A stretch of 64,000 bases of DNA from Chromera velia. Lineage: Eukaryota. The DNA is taken from positions 62,001-126,000 of the forward strand of contig JAHBMJ010000068.1 of the NCBI GenBank assembly GCA_018398765.1. Reading direction: 5' to 3'. The position numbers and the translations under genes were made by a program. Below the pieces are notes generated by a model. The model was not told the DNA's origin and did no database searches. It saw only the letters and a program-made list of their open reading frames with translations. Positions 38,765-50,285 of this stretch are shown here, in pieces; positions within the stretch are counted from its first letter, which is position 1, and every line of letters begins with the position of its first letter.

Positions 38765-41700
38765 ATGGAAGGCGTAGTGGTATGTGTAGAGCCTTTAGCC
38801 GAGCGTTTGAGCGTCGTCGCCACATGTCGCCGCCACTCAACGTTTCTAAACAATATTTCAGCAAGAAAGATACATTCTAACAGAAGCAACAGCAAGAGCA
38901 GTGAGAGAAGAGAATCTGAAAGACCATCTGTGAAACAGTCGGTGAAAGTGAACGAACACCCCCTCATGTGGAAGAGTCCGCTTCCTTTGATCTGGCTCCA
39001 TGAGCACTTAGCAACCAGCCTCCTTCATTTTAGGATAGATTGGTTTGACTGCGGTTCATATTCATATCTTTTATCACACCATGCATTTTGTGCCCTTGAC
39101 TCAAGTGTGAGATCTATTTGTCGCCTACAAGTGACTGAGTCTTAGTTCACACGCACTCATACTCTTGAGCTGAGTGGTGAACTCTCTTCTTGTTCATGCG
39201 TTAAGTCGAGCGTAAACTCTGTCATATGCCTCTATGCACAAAGATTCTTCGTGACAGCCTTGAGTCAAGTATGAAATCTCCTTTTTGCCCCTGCCCATTC
39301 TTCGTGCGTTAGGTCGAGTGGGAGCTCTGTTTCAATCGGTACCCCGTGAACACATATTCTTCATACCCCTACCGCATTCTGTCTGACTCATGCCCCACAC
39401 ACATGATGACACCGGATCATTGCCCGGTCACACACATTCGCATCTCTGACTCATGCCCCTGCGCACATTCTCTCTGACTCGTGCCCCTGCATGCATTCTC
39501 TCTGACTGGTGCCTCTGCATACATTCTGTCTGACTCGTGCCCCGCATATATGATAACACCGGATCATCGCCCGGTCACATAAATTCGCACCCATTCCTTG
39601 TGCCCCTGACTATATTCTCTCTGACTCATGCCCGTGCACACATCCTCTCTAACTGGTGCCCATATACACGTTCTGTCTGACTCGTGCCTCTGCGCACATT
39701 CTCTCTAACTCATACCCGTGCGCACATTCTCTCTGACTAGTGCTCATGCACATGTTCTGTCTGACTCGTGCCTCTGCATACATTCTCTCTAACTCGTGCA
39801 CGTGCGTACATTCTCTCTGACTTGTGCTCCTGCGTACATTGTCTTTGCTTCTTGCCCATGCGAACATGTCATTGATCACACCGGATCATCACCGAGTCAC
39901 ACACTCATTCCTCAGTCCCCTGACTACACGCATTCTGCTTGCTCCTGAGCATATTCTCGTCTCCTGTCACCGTATACCACATTCTTCTTGCCCCCGTGAA
40001 TGAGCAAACTCTGTTTATATGCCATTATGCATACGATTATTACCAAGCCAGACAGTCTGAGTGAGAACCTTCATGCCTCGGAGCGTCTTTGGTCTTCGTA
40101 TTTCTAAGACTTTTCACATGTTCACACTGTGATATTGATGCTGCTTCACCTGATTGAGAACGCATTCTGTTCTCGGGTTCCTCCACACATATTTTTCCTT
40201 CTATTGCACATACCCTGTTTTATCCCTCAACATCCAAGCCGTCCTCGTAAACGCATTTTATAGTCTTTGGCCACACGAGTCGTCGAAGAATTTTTGGGAT
40301 CAAAGCGAAGAACTCAGGCCGATGCACCCATGGTAAGAACCCTCGCGCTTCATCCCTCTGCATTCCTTTCTTCTTACACATGATAACGGGTAAAAATCCT
40401 TATCTGCATCCCTTCTTGCTTGTACCCAGACGAGGGCAAAGATCCCTCTCTGCAATCATTCCTTCTTATACAGATAAGGAGCACACCAATCCCTCTCTGA
40501 CCATTCGTTCCTTTTGTAGACGCAGCGAAGGGCAAAGATCCTTCTCTCTGTATCCATTCCTCCTTGCAGACACAGATCCATCCGCATTCCTTTCTTTCTG
40601 TACACAGTGAAGGGCAAGATCCCTCTTTGCATTCCTGCTTGCTTGTAGCCAGCTTGAGGCAAGGGCAAAGGTCTCTATCTGCATTCATTCTTTCTTTCAG
40701 ACAAGGGGAATCCAGATCTCTCTCTCAGTATTCATTCCTTTCTTGCAGAAAACGAAGGGCACAGATGCGTCTCTCTGCATTCACTCCTTCTTGCAGACAG
40801 TGAAAGGCAAGAATCAATCCCTCTGCATCTACTCCTTTTTGCGGACAGGGATAATTTTGAAGGCCATGAACCATCCTCTGCATGCATTCTGGCTTGCAGA
40901 CAGGCAAAGGTGCAGATCTCTCTCTCTCTCTCTTTGCACACATTCTTTAATTCCTGCAGACAGTGGAGCGCACAATTCCCTCTCTCTACATTCATTCCTT
41001 CTTATAGATGGCCAAGGATAGAGATCCCTCTCTGCAGTCATTCCCGGTTCATTCCACCTCGCAGAAAGAAAAGCTCATAGATCCCTCTCTCTGCATTCAT
41101 TCCGTTTTGCTGATAGGATAGGACAGAGATCCCTTTCTGTATCAATTCTCAGATTTATTCCGCCTCTCAGAGAGAAGCTCATAGATCCCTCTCTCTACAT
41201 TCATTCCATCTTGTAGATAGGATAGGACAGAGATCCCTCTCTATATCCATTCTCAGATTCATTTTGCCTCCCAGAGAGAAGCGTACAGATCCCTCTTTCT
41301 GCAGTCATTCCTTCTTATAGATAGGACAGGACAGAGATCCCTCTCTGCATCCATTCTCAGATTTATTCCACCTCCCAGAGAGAAGCGCACAGATCCCTCT
41401 CTCTGCATTCTTTGCTTCTTGTAGATTGGATAGTGTAGAGATCGCTCTCTATATTCATTCTCAGATTTATCCCGCCTTCCAGAGAGAAGTGCACAGATCC
41501 CTCTCTCTGCATTGAAATTTCTTTACTTCTTGTGAATAGATAGCGTAGAGATTGTTCTCTGCATTGATTTTCAGATTTATCCCGCCTTGCAGACAGCCAA
41601 AGCAAAGCTCCCTCTATGCATTCCTTCCTTCTTGCAGACAATGAAGGACACAGATCCTTCTCTCTGTATTCATTCCTTCTTGCAAATAGGATAGGGCAGA

Positions 41701-44160
41701 GATCCCCCTCTACACTCATTCTCACATTCATTCTGCTTTGCAAATAGAGAAACGTACAGATCCTTCTCTCTCCGTTCATTCCTTCTTGTAGATAGGAGAG
41801 GGCAGAAATCCCTCACTGCATTCATTTTCAGACCCGGTGGCAGCAGCAAGGTAAAGATAAGTCCTGTCTCTACGTGTTTATTTGATCGTTGATTATCTTA
41901 GTAAAGAGACGAAGGATGGTTCAGTCGTGGCTGAGTCTCCTTGTATGTCTGTTCAGTCGTTGCAAGCAGAAAATGGCACAGGTTCCCCTCTCTGCACACT
42001 CGTTCAGTCATTGTATGCAAATCCAAAGGAATGCAAAGAATTCTCTCTTCATGTTCATTCGATTTCGTTCGGTTGTTGCAGTAACAAGACAGAGATTCCG
42101 CTGAGTCTGCTAGCGTGTTCGTTCAGTCATTGTAAGCGGAAGATGACAGAGCTTCCTCTCTCTGCACACTCGTTTGGTCGTTATAAAAAGAATGCAAAGA
42201 ATTCTCTCTTCATGTTCATTTGATTTCGCTCGGTCGTTGCAGTAGCAAGGCAGAGATTCCGCTGAGTCTCCTAGCTTGTTTGTTCAGTCGTTGCAAGCGG
42301 AGGATGACAGTCTGAGAGCTTCCTCTCTCTGCACACTCGTTCGGTCATTATAAAAAGAATGCAAAGAACTCTTTCTTCATGTTCATTTAATTTCGCTCGG
42401 TTGTTGCAGTAGCAAGGCAGAGATTCCGCTGAGTCTCCTAGCTTGTTCATTCAGTCGTTGCGAACGGAGGATGACAAAGATTCCTTTCTCTGCATACTCG
42501 TTCGGTCGTTGCAAAAGGAATACAAAGAATTCTCTCTTCATGTTCGTCCGCGGCAAGGCAGAGATTCCGCTGAGTCTCTTTGCGTGTTCGTTCAATCGCT
42601 GCAAGCAGAGGACGACAGAGATTCCTCTCTCTGCGCATTTGTTTGGTCGTTACAAAAAGAATGCAAAGATTTCTCTCTTCATGTTCATTCGGTCGTTGCA
42701 AGTAAAGGATGACAGAGATTCCTCTTTCTGTGTTTGTTCGGTCGTGCAGCAGCTTATTACAGCAACAAGGCATAGATTCCGCTGATATCCCTACGTGCTC
42801 GTTCAATCGTTGCAAGCAGAAGATAACAGAAATTCCTCTCTCTACATACTCCTTCGATCGTTGTAAAAGGAATGCAAAGGTTCTCTCTGAATGTTTGTTC
42901 GATCGTTGCAGCAGTAAGGCAGACATTCTGCTAAATTTCCCCGCGTGTCCGTTTAAGCAGGATAAGAGAGATTCCTCTCAGAGTCTCTGCACACTCGTTT
43001 GGTTGTTACAAAAGGAATGCAAAGAATTCTTTCTCCGTGTTTGTTTGGTCATCGTAGCAGTAAGGCAGAGATTTTGCTGAGTGTTCCTGCACGTTCGTTC
43101 AGTCGTTACAAGCAGAACACAACCAAGAGCAGGACAGAGATTCTTCTCTCTACACACTCATTCGGTCATCACAAAAGGAATGCAGAGAATTTTATCTACG
43201 TGTTTGTCTATTCGTTGCAAGCCGGTGCATGGTAGCAGAGATCGATTCCTCTTCTCTGCACATTCGTTTGATCGTTGCAAAAGGAATACAAAGAGTTCTC
43301 TCTGCTATTGATTCGGTCGTTGCAGCAGCAAGACAGAGATTCTGTTGTATCTCCTTATGTGTTCGTTCAGTCATTGCCTAGAGTTGTTGCAAGCGGAGGA
43401 TGACAGAGACTCTTCTCTCTGCATACTCGTTTGGTCATTGCAAAAGGAATGTACAGAATTCTCTCTTCGTGTTCGTTCAGTCATTGCAGTAGCAAAGCAG
43501 AGATTCCGCTGAGTCTCCTTACGTTTTTGTTCAGTTGTTATAAGCAGAGGATGGCAGAGATTCCTCTTTCTGCGTACTCGTTTGGTCATTGCAAAGGAAT
43601 GTAAAGAATTCTCTCTAGGCAAGCAGCCGCTGGATAAGCAAACTTCTCCCCTTATATATTCGCTCTGACTCGTGCCTCTGCGCATATTCTCTCTGACTTA
43701 TGCTCTTGTGCACATCCTCTTTGACTCGTGCCCATACATATATTCACTCTGACTTGTGCCCCTATGCACTGTTCTTTCTGCAGACTATTCGGTCATCAGT
43801 GCACTGCTTTTTATATTTTATTATTCATTTCCCTACCAGATACTCTGGTCACCAAGCAGCCGCCTTTCTAATACATACATATTTTCAGGCAGCTTGCTTG
43901 CTTCCCTATCAGATTGTGCCCGCTTTTCAGACAGGGAGCTGTCTAGGATCCCTTTTGGATGATGACGCTTAAGAAAGAGCTAAAGCACAGCTTAGCCTTT
44001 CCTGCGTGCATCGGTCATCCTACGGCTTGTCGGGGCCAACCCTTTGGCAAGACGTGATCCTATACCTTTATACATCTAGTAGGCCCTCCTCTAAAAGGAC
44101 TCATATATGAAGGATATAAGGCGACGATAATTTACAAAGCTTAAATGGAAGGCGTGGCGG
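38765..44160. repeat. 5.4-kb complex minisatellite-filled element (probable non-autonomous mobile element)
   Basis: Block A (~39370-39870, again ~43655-43770): ~28-29-bp CATTCTCTCTGACTCGTGCCCCTGCGCA units. Block B (~40355-41830): ~45-bp AGATCCCTCTCTGCATTCATTCCTTCTTGCAGA units. Block C (~41950-43620): ~160-bp higher-order units. The region is bounded by short direct repeats ATGGAAGGCGT(A/G)G. The repeats are certain; the element boundaries are tentative. Confidence 0.7.
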
Positions 44161-44560
44161 AACATTAACAAATAATTTCTTTTTAGTGAATAATTTAGCG
44201 TTATTCATGCGTAAATATACTATGCTGTACCTCAGGTCAAAGGCCTTAAAAGCATATACCTAGGCACATACTCTTGTGTCACAATTCATGTGTCTAGTCA
44301 TATGTTAAATAATTATTAGAAATAACTAGAAATATATGTGAACTGCTATTGTAAATTGTAATTACCAAACTGTTTCCTAGACTGCCTCATACGTTGCTGC
44401 CAAACGCTGCAGATGCTTGAAAATAAGCTAGAATATTTGGCAAATGCCAGTGGCGATAGAGTATGATAATCATGAATCAGTATTAATGAAAATGAAGTCA
44501 TATAATAGTGCCAAACAGTAATAAACATTAGTATAGCTTGTATAAGAAATTGTCCTCAGA

Positions 44561-45297
44561 TTATTGTTGTGGACATTGTGGAGGTTCTGCTTTAGGCAAC
44601 TCAAACTCCATGTCCCCAATCACCAGCTTCGGGGGCCCCTCGTCTTTTTTTTCTCTGGGACTCTTTTCTTGTCGACCGCGTCTTCCTCCTTTTCCCCGAC
44701 TTCCGTCCAAAGTCTGGAGAAAGTCTTGCGTCAGCTTGGCCCCCTCCTCCTTTGAGGTGGCGGCGCCTCCGGCAGAGGAGCCAGCCCCGCCTCCCCCACG
44801 ACCCGCAAGTCCCGCCGCCGCCACGTCGTTTCGATTCGGAGTCGCACAGGGGATTAAAAAAACGTCGAGGAGCTGGGCTGCAGACGACAAAATTCCACAA
44901 TTGAACCATTTGAAGATGCAGAAAGAACCAAAATGAAAGGAATGAACAGGTGGTGGCGATGAGATAGAAGGGGGGAGGAAGAGAGAGGTGTGTTTTTTCT
45001 TGTGTGCACCGAATTAGAAGGAATAAAAGGCACGGTGGAAGAATGTGCGTCCCATGAAAGTAGAGCCAGGGGGGGGAAGAGAAAGCGACCACGTGGATGA
45101 AGTCTGTGTGCGCACACAAGACAGGGATGAGTGTATTAGAGAAATTCTTGGCGCAAATCTTCAGATCAGGACAAGGAAGAACCTTTCTTTTCTTCCTCTT
45201 TTCGGTGGAGCGCTTTTCCCTTTTTTTCTTTTGCGAAAACATTTTCCCCTCCCTCTGCTCTTTAGAGAAAGTGAACTTTCTTTCTCTCGCCCTCTTG

Positions 45298-45338
<41 letters not shown>

Positions 45339-48300
45339 GAGACACAGAGAGAGACGAAGGCAGAGATAAAGGAAGAAAGAGAGACATCAACGGACATACG
45401 CTAACACATTTTCGAGAGACAGACGTGCAGACTGCATGGCTGGTTGACTGACTGACGTGTTCTCTGCACTTGAGGCTTTTCCCCTTCTCGTTGAGCCCTT
45501 CTCATTAGAGACCCAGAAGAAGCGGAGGACGAACCGGCAGGAGAAGAGCTGCGGCGTCCCCCTGTACCCCCCCTCCCGCCTCCGCCCTCTCTCGGCGGCA
45601 ATTCGCCTCTCCTGTGCTTCCCTGCAGATGAGATGAAAGAAGGTTTACTTAATTTTTTTAAAAAAAAACCTCTGCTTCTCTGCAGATGAGATGAAAGAAG
45701 GTTTACTTAATTTAAAAAAAAAAAACAACCTCTGCTTCCCTGCAGATGAGATGAAAGAAGGAGAAGGAGGGGGCAGTTGAGAGAGGCGCAAAAGAATCGG
45801 GAGAAGTATCAAAAAAGTCTGTTGGAGTCGAAGGGTTTCCTTCCAGTGAGAATGAATGCTGATCGGACATCACACATCGATAAACAAGCAACTGAGCCAA
45901 AATCACGCACGAGGGAATCGAACGAAGATAGAGGGGTGCCCTCCGCACCTATACCAACGCCCCCACATATCTGGTGGAATATTCACGTTCCCGGAAACTC
46001 ATACATGCATGAGAATTGAAGTCAGTGACTCCACAACGCACACAATATGGCGCAAAAGCGTCTCTCACATTTTGGCATCATATACTTCAGAATGTAAGAA
46101 AACATACTGCGAGACTTGCACAGGATAACAGAAAATACATAAAGGTAGACCAGAAAGACAAACGAGATCCAAACATAAGCACAAATCTTCCCAGAGCTTT
46201 GCAACTGGCCTGCTGCCTCATCATCCGAAGAGGAAAGAATGGTCCGCCTCCCCCCCCCTTCTCCAATTCTCTCTCCCGACCCCTTTCGTTTTTCCCTTCC
46301 CCCTCCGTGCAGACGGGGTGCCAGCGTTCGTCTTGCAGTCCCCTGCCCGTCTCCCGTTGACCGAGCGCTCGACAGGGGACCTCTCACGGGCGCGCTTCCG
46401 GAGTCAGCAGACCCCCTGACTGCCGTCGAAGAGTTCAGAAAAGATTCTTGTGTTTGAGTGCCCACCTGCCGGGTTCTCTTGGGCGTACAGGCGTGAGAGA
46501 GAGAACCCCTCGACCCTGCCGAGGTGCCTGCACGCACTCAAAAAGACGGCACGAATACAAAAGTCAGCATCTTGAAGAAATAGGGAGACAGAGCTGGAAA
46601 CTCCATACAGACCATTGAACACCCACCACACAAGAAGTGTCCGGAAGAAGTACACTCATCAGTACAGTCTCGACTCAGCGCCACGCACGAAGGGGCAGAG
46701 TGAAGTAAAATCTCATTCACACATTCAATTTAGTCTTTTTCCTTACTGACTCGCAGAAATTGCTCCAGCACAATGTGCATGGGTTTGAGCAAGAGCCCGG
46801 AGTGCTTTTGCCTCTTCACGTAGTCTTTCTGTCTCGTCAGAAGCTGCCCTCATCTCTCTCTCTGCACGCTCCGCCGCTTCCACCCGCTCCCGGAGAATTT
46901 CTAATTGACTCTCCAGTTTCTGTACATTCCTGCTGCCCTCTCCTCCAGTATCAATCTCTCCCTTTTGCTTGCCCTCGCCTTGCCGAGAGACAGAAAGGCT
47001 GTCCAGCTCCTCCCTCAACTTGCTTGCGCTGCTCTCCGCCTGAGCCCGCGCTGCCCTCTCTGTCTGGAGCTCTGACTGCAGCACCATGACCTGGTGGGCC
47101 TGTGCCTCTTCGTCTGCATGTGTGTGAATGTGTATGTGTGTTGGGTCAGACATTTCAAAGCGATGTACCCATCCCTGCATGCAGCTGTGTGTGTTTTTTT
47201 CCCCTTCCATCGTCTCTTCTTTGTCGTGTCCCCTTTTCATCCTCGCCCTCTCTCTCTCTCGCGCGCGCGCGCGCGCATGTGTGTGTGTGTGTGTGTGTTC
47301 ATGTGCATATTTTTCCATGCAGTTCTCCCCTGCGTTCGCTTCCTCTCTCGCGTCTCTGAAAGAACAGCGACACAGACAAAAGAAACAATATTCCAATACA
47401 TACTGTGTCGGACCAGGTGACGACATGGAGACATATGTGCATGCATGCATCGCTAGCGCATGTACACACGCATCCTTGCTTACCGCCTGGCTAAGAGACA
47501 GAGATAAACGGAGAAAGTTTCATTGAACACACAGTGAAAACGAAGTAAAGATACTAAGCCAAGACTTTTTGTGACACACGAAAGACCCTTCCGTGTAAGA
47601 AAGTCGCAGCAGTAACTCTTTTGGCCGTCTCTTTCTCTCTTTCCTGGTACCTCCGTACCTTGGAGCAGCTGGCTGTGCAGTGAAGAGAGCCCCCTCCCCC
47701 CCACGGTCGTTCGCTCTCTCTTGAAAGATGATGCTGTGCTCTCCCTCCCTCTGCTCTGCCGCACTCCGTGGAGCTCTTCTGCATCGCTCTCTGTTCCTGA
47801 GAGGACTCCTCGATTTCTCCTGCAAGATGAAGGAAGGCGCAAAGTGGAAATCAAAGCACGATTTGCTGACTGATTCCATTCACGACAGTTTCTCCCCCCT
47901 TTCCGTTTCTGGTTCTGGACACAGGAAGAACAAAAGTACTGATTGTACAGGAGGACAGCGATGCATCAAGTTCTGGATAACCGTCACGTTGGGTTTCATT
48001 GATAGAAGAGCATGGTTTAGACCATCGATACAACTATTCCGGCAAGAGCCGAAGAATAGACAAGGGTTGACTTTTGGTCGTTCCGTGTGCGCATTCAGGA
48101 GAGAGGGAACTCTTTGCAATTCTATCTACCCATGTCTCTGTCTGACAACCTCTCTGCATCGTTGATTTTCATTCAAACCTGCATGCAATCCTGCTGCTGT
48201 GGTCTCCTATACCCTTTTCGTGCGGATGGATGCGTTCGGAGTGCCAGCTTTCCTTGAAGCTTCCCGCAGTTGTTTCTCTTCATCCACTTACATGGAGTCA

Positions 48301-50253
48301 AGCAGCGCTTCCAACTCCGCCACGTGTTGCCGGAGGCTCTCGAGGGCCAGGGTCATGTGGGTCACTTGGCGTTTTTCTGCATGCAGCAGGCAGGATGGAA
48401 GCATGTGCAACCTTTGATATCATGACAGAGCACGCACACTCTATCTATCTTTTTCCATTGAGAAAGGCAGGCGCGTCTGCAGGGACTACTTGATTACTTG
48501 AGGATGATGATGCAGCTTCATATCATAATGTTTTGACCGCCCAGAATATAGCGAAGAAAGACTTAGAATCTGAAGACAACATCGGAGAGAGAACTTGTAT
48601 CGGTTTCTCTGCCTGACAAGCTTTTTCCCGCTTTAAAACGAAGATCTTTACGCCTCATGATCTGAGCTGTAATCTGACCGCAGAGAACCTGTCTGGAGTG
48701 AAGAATGAATGCACAAGCAAGCGCTAAAATTGGGAGTGACGACAGAGAAACAGATCTCGCGTCCACTCTTCTTTTTCTCCACGCACGCATATTTTCTTCT
48801 TCTTACATGCATTTCATTCACACAAGAAAAATTACTGCAAAGAAGATGAGGAAATAAATACCCACGTCTGAAGTGACTCGGAATATTGCACTCCCCCTCC
48901 TCCTCCTCTGTCAATAGAGGGTGACCTGCGCCTCCTCCTCCCCTACCACTGATTCTGCTTCTCCGACTCTGCCCCAAGTGACTACTCTTCCCCAGAACAG
49001 AACTTCGAGCTTCATCCCCTCCCTCTAAACTCTCCTCCTCTACACGATCCTCGTCGTCCTCTTCCTCTTCCTCTGAATCGCCCCCAATGTTCTCAAGAAG
49101 ACGGTCTCGTGCTGCCCGCAGAGAGGGCACCAGAGCTTCAGCCCGCTCTCTGTGGTGCTTCTCCTGGTCTAGCTCCTCCCTCAACCTCGCAGCCTCACGC
49201 TCAGCTGCGGTTCGAAGGAGCGTCTCTTCCTCAGCTCGGCCTTTCTCTTTGGCCAACTCCAATGCCACACCCTCACGCTCTTTTAGCTCGGCAGCTTGCC
49301 GAGACACTGAAACCTTTAAATCAGCAATTTCAGTCTGCAATTCTTCTTCCCGTAGACCCCTCTCTCTCTCTAGGCGCAGACTCTTCCTTGTGAGGTTCCA
49401 ACGGTCTGTTGCAGACCCAGAAGCTGCTGTGGGCGACGGGAGGGGGACCGAGAAGTCGAGTCCCCTGCTCTCTCTGTGTTGCTGTGCCTGTTTGAGAGAT
49501 GCGTTCTCCTTCAGAAGAGTTGTGACTGCTGTCTCCGACTCCTCTGAAAGGCCTAAGAGGGAAACGGCACACGAAGAGAGCGCTGGAAGGTCCGCAATTT
49601 TCCTTTCGAGGTCGGCTACAGTTCTCTTCAGCCGCGACGCTTCTGCTGTGTGGGTCGCCGAAGAAGCCTCCAGCCTGCTCAGACTCAGACAGACCATTGC
49701 AGGGCGAAAAATGTACCCAGTTGCAGAAGACGACGAACGCCTTGATAGGATGAAACAACACAAATATGTTATGCGAAGAGAAAAACATACGGACGGACTC
49801 TGTGACTGCCATTCCTTGATATGCTCCGAAGCGCGTCTTGTCTTTGCCAATGAAGACAGTAGAAGTTTATTGCGCAGAAAGAAGAACATGAAAAGGGACA
49901 ACGGCAGAAGAGAAACGGAAAGTAGGCAGCTCCTTGATTCTTTTATTTTTCTTCTTTCAAATTCCTTCTCATTGTCCTGAAACAGATATGGACACTCCCT
50001 TTCCGCTTTTTCTGCTTTACGGCCTGCTCCTTCGCTGCCCTCTATCCAGATGATTCATTTCTTACTGAGACTGTGTTGTGCTCCCTTTGAGTCATTCTAT
50101 CCGCATGTCATGCGCCGAGCGTGTGTCACATCGTGTCATTTGTGGTGGCTCGATTCGTCGCCTGCCCACCGTCCTACCCGCCTGCATACCTCGGCATGGC
50201 CCGCAAGAGCCACGAAGATGCCCTTTCGGGGAAGACGTCCATGAATAGGGTCA

Positions 50254-50285
<32 letters not shown>

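Noticed and set aside
39370..43770. Regularly spaced repeats as a CRISPR array or a repetitive protein gene
   Set aside because: Units are degenerate and contiguous with no unique spacers and no cas genes. The context is eukaryotic, and all frames are broken by frequent stops.
48240..48292. Apparent in-frame TAA followed by coiled-coil-like VDEEKQLREA, suggesting stop read-through or a pseudogene
   Set aside because: The TAA lies within a perfect GTAAGT donor whose phase matches the next exon, so ordinary splicing explains it.
49087..49980. Long + strand ORFs opposite real exons (also 35541-36179, 12613-13369, 23651-24472)
   Set aside because: Antisense shadows of GC-rich coding exons with no independent motifs or splice support.
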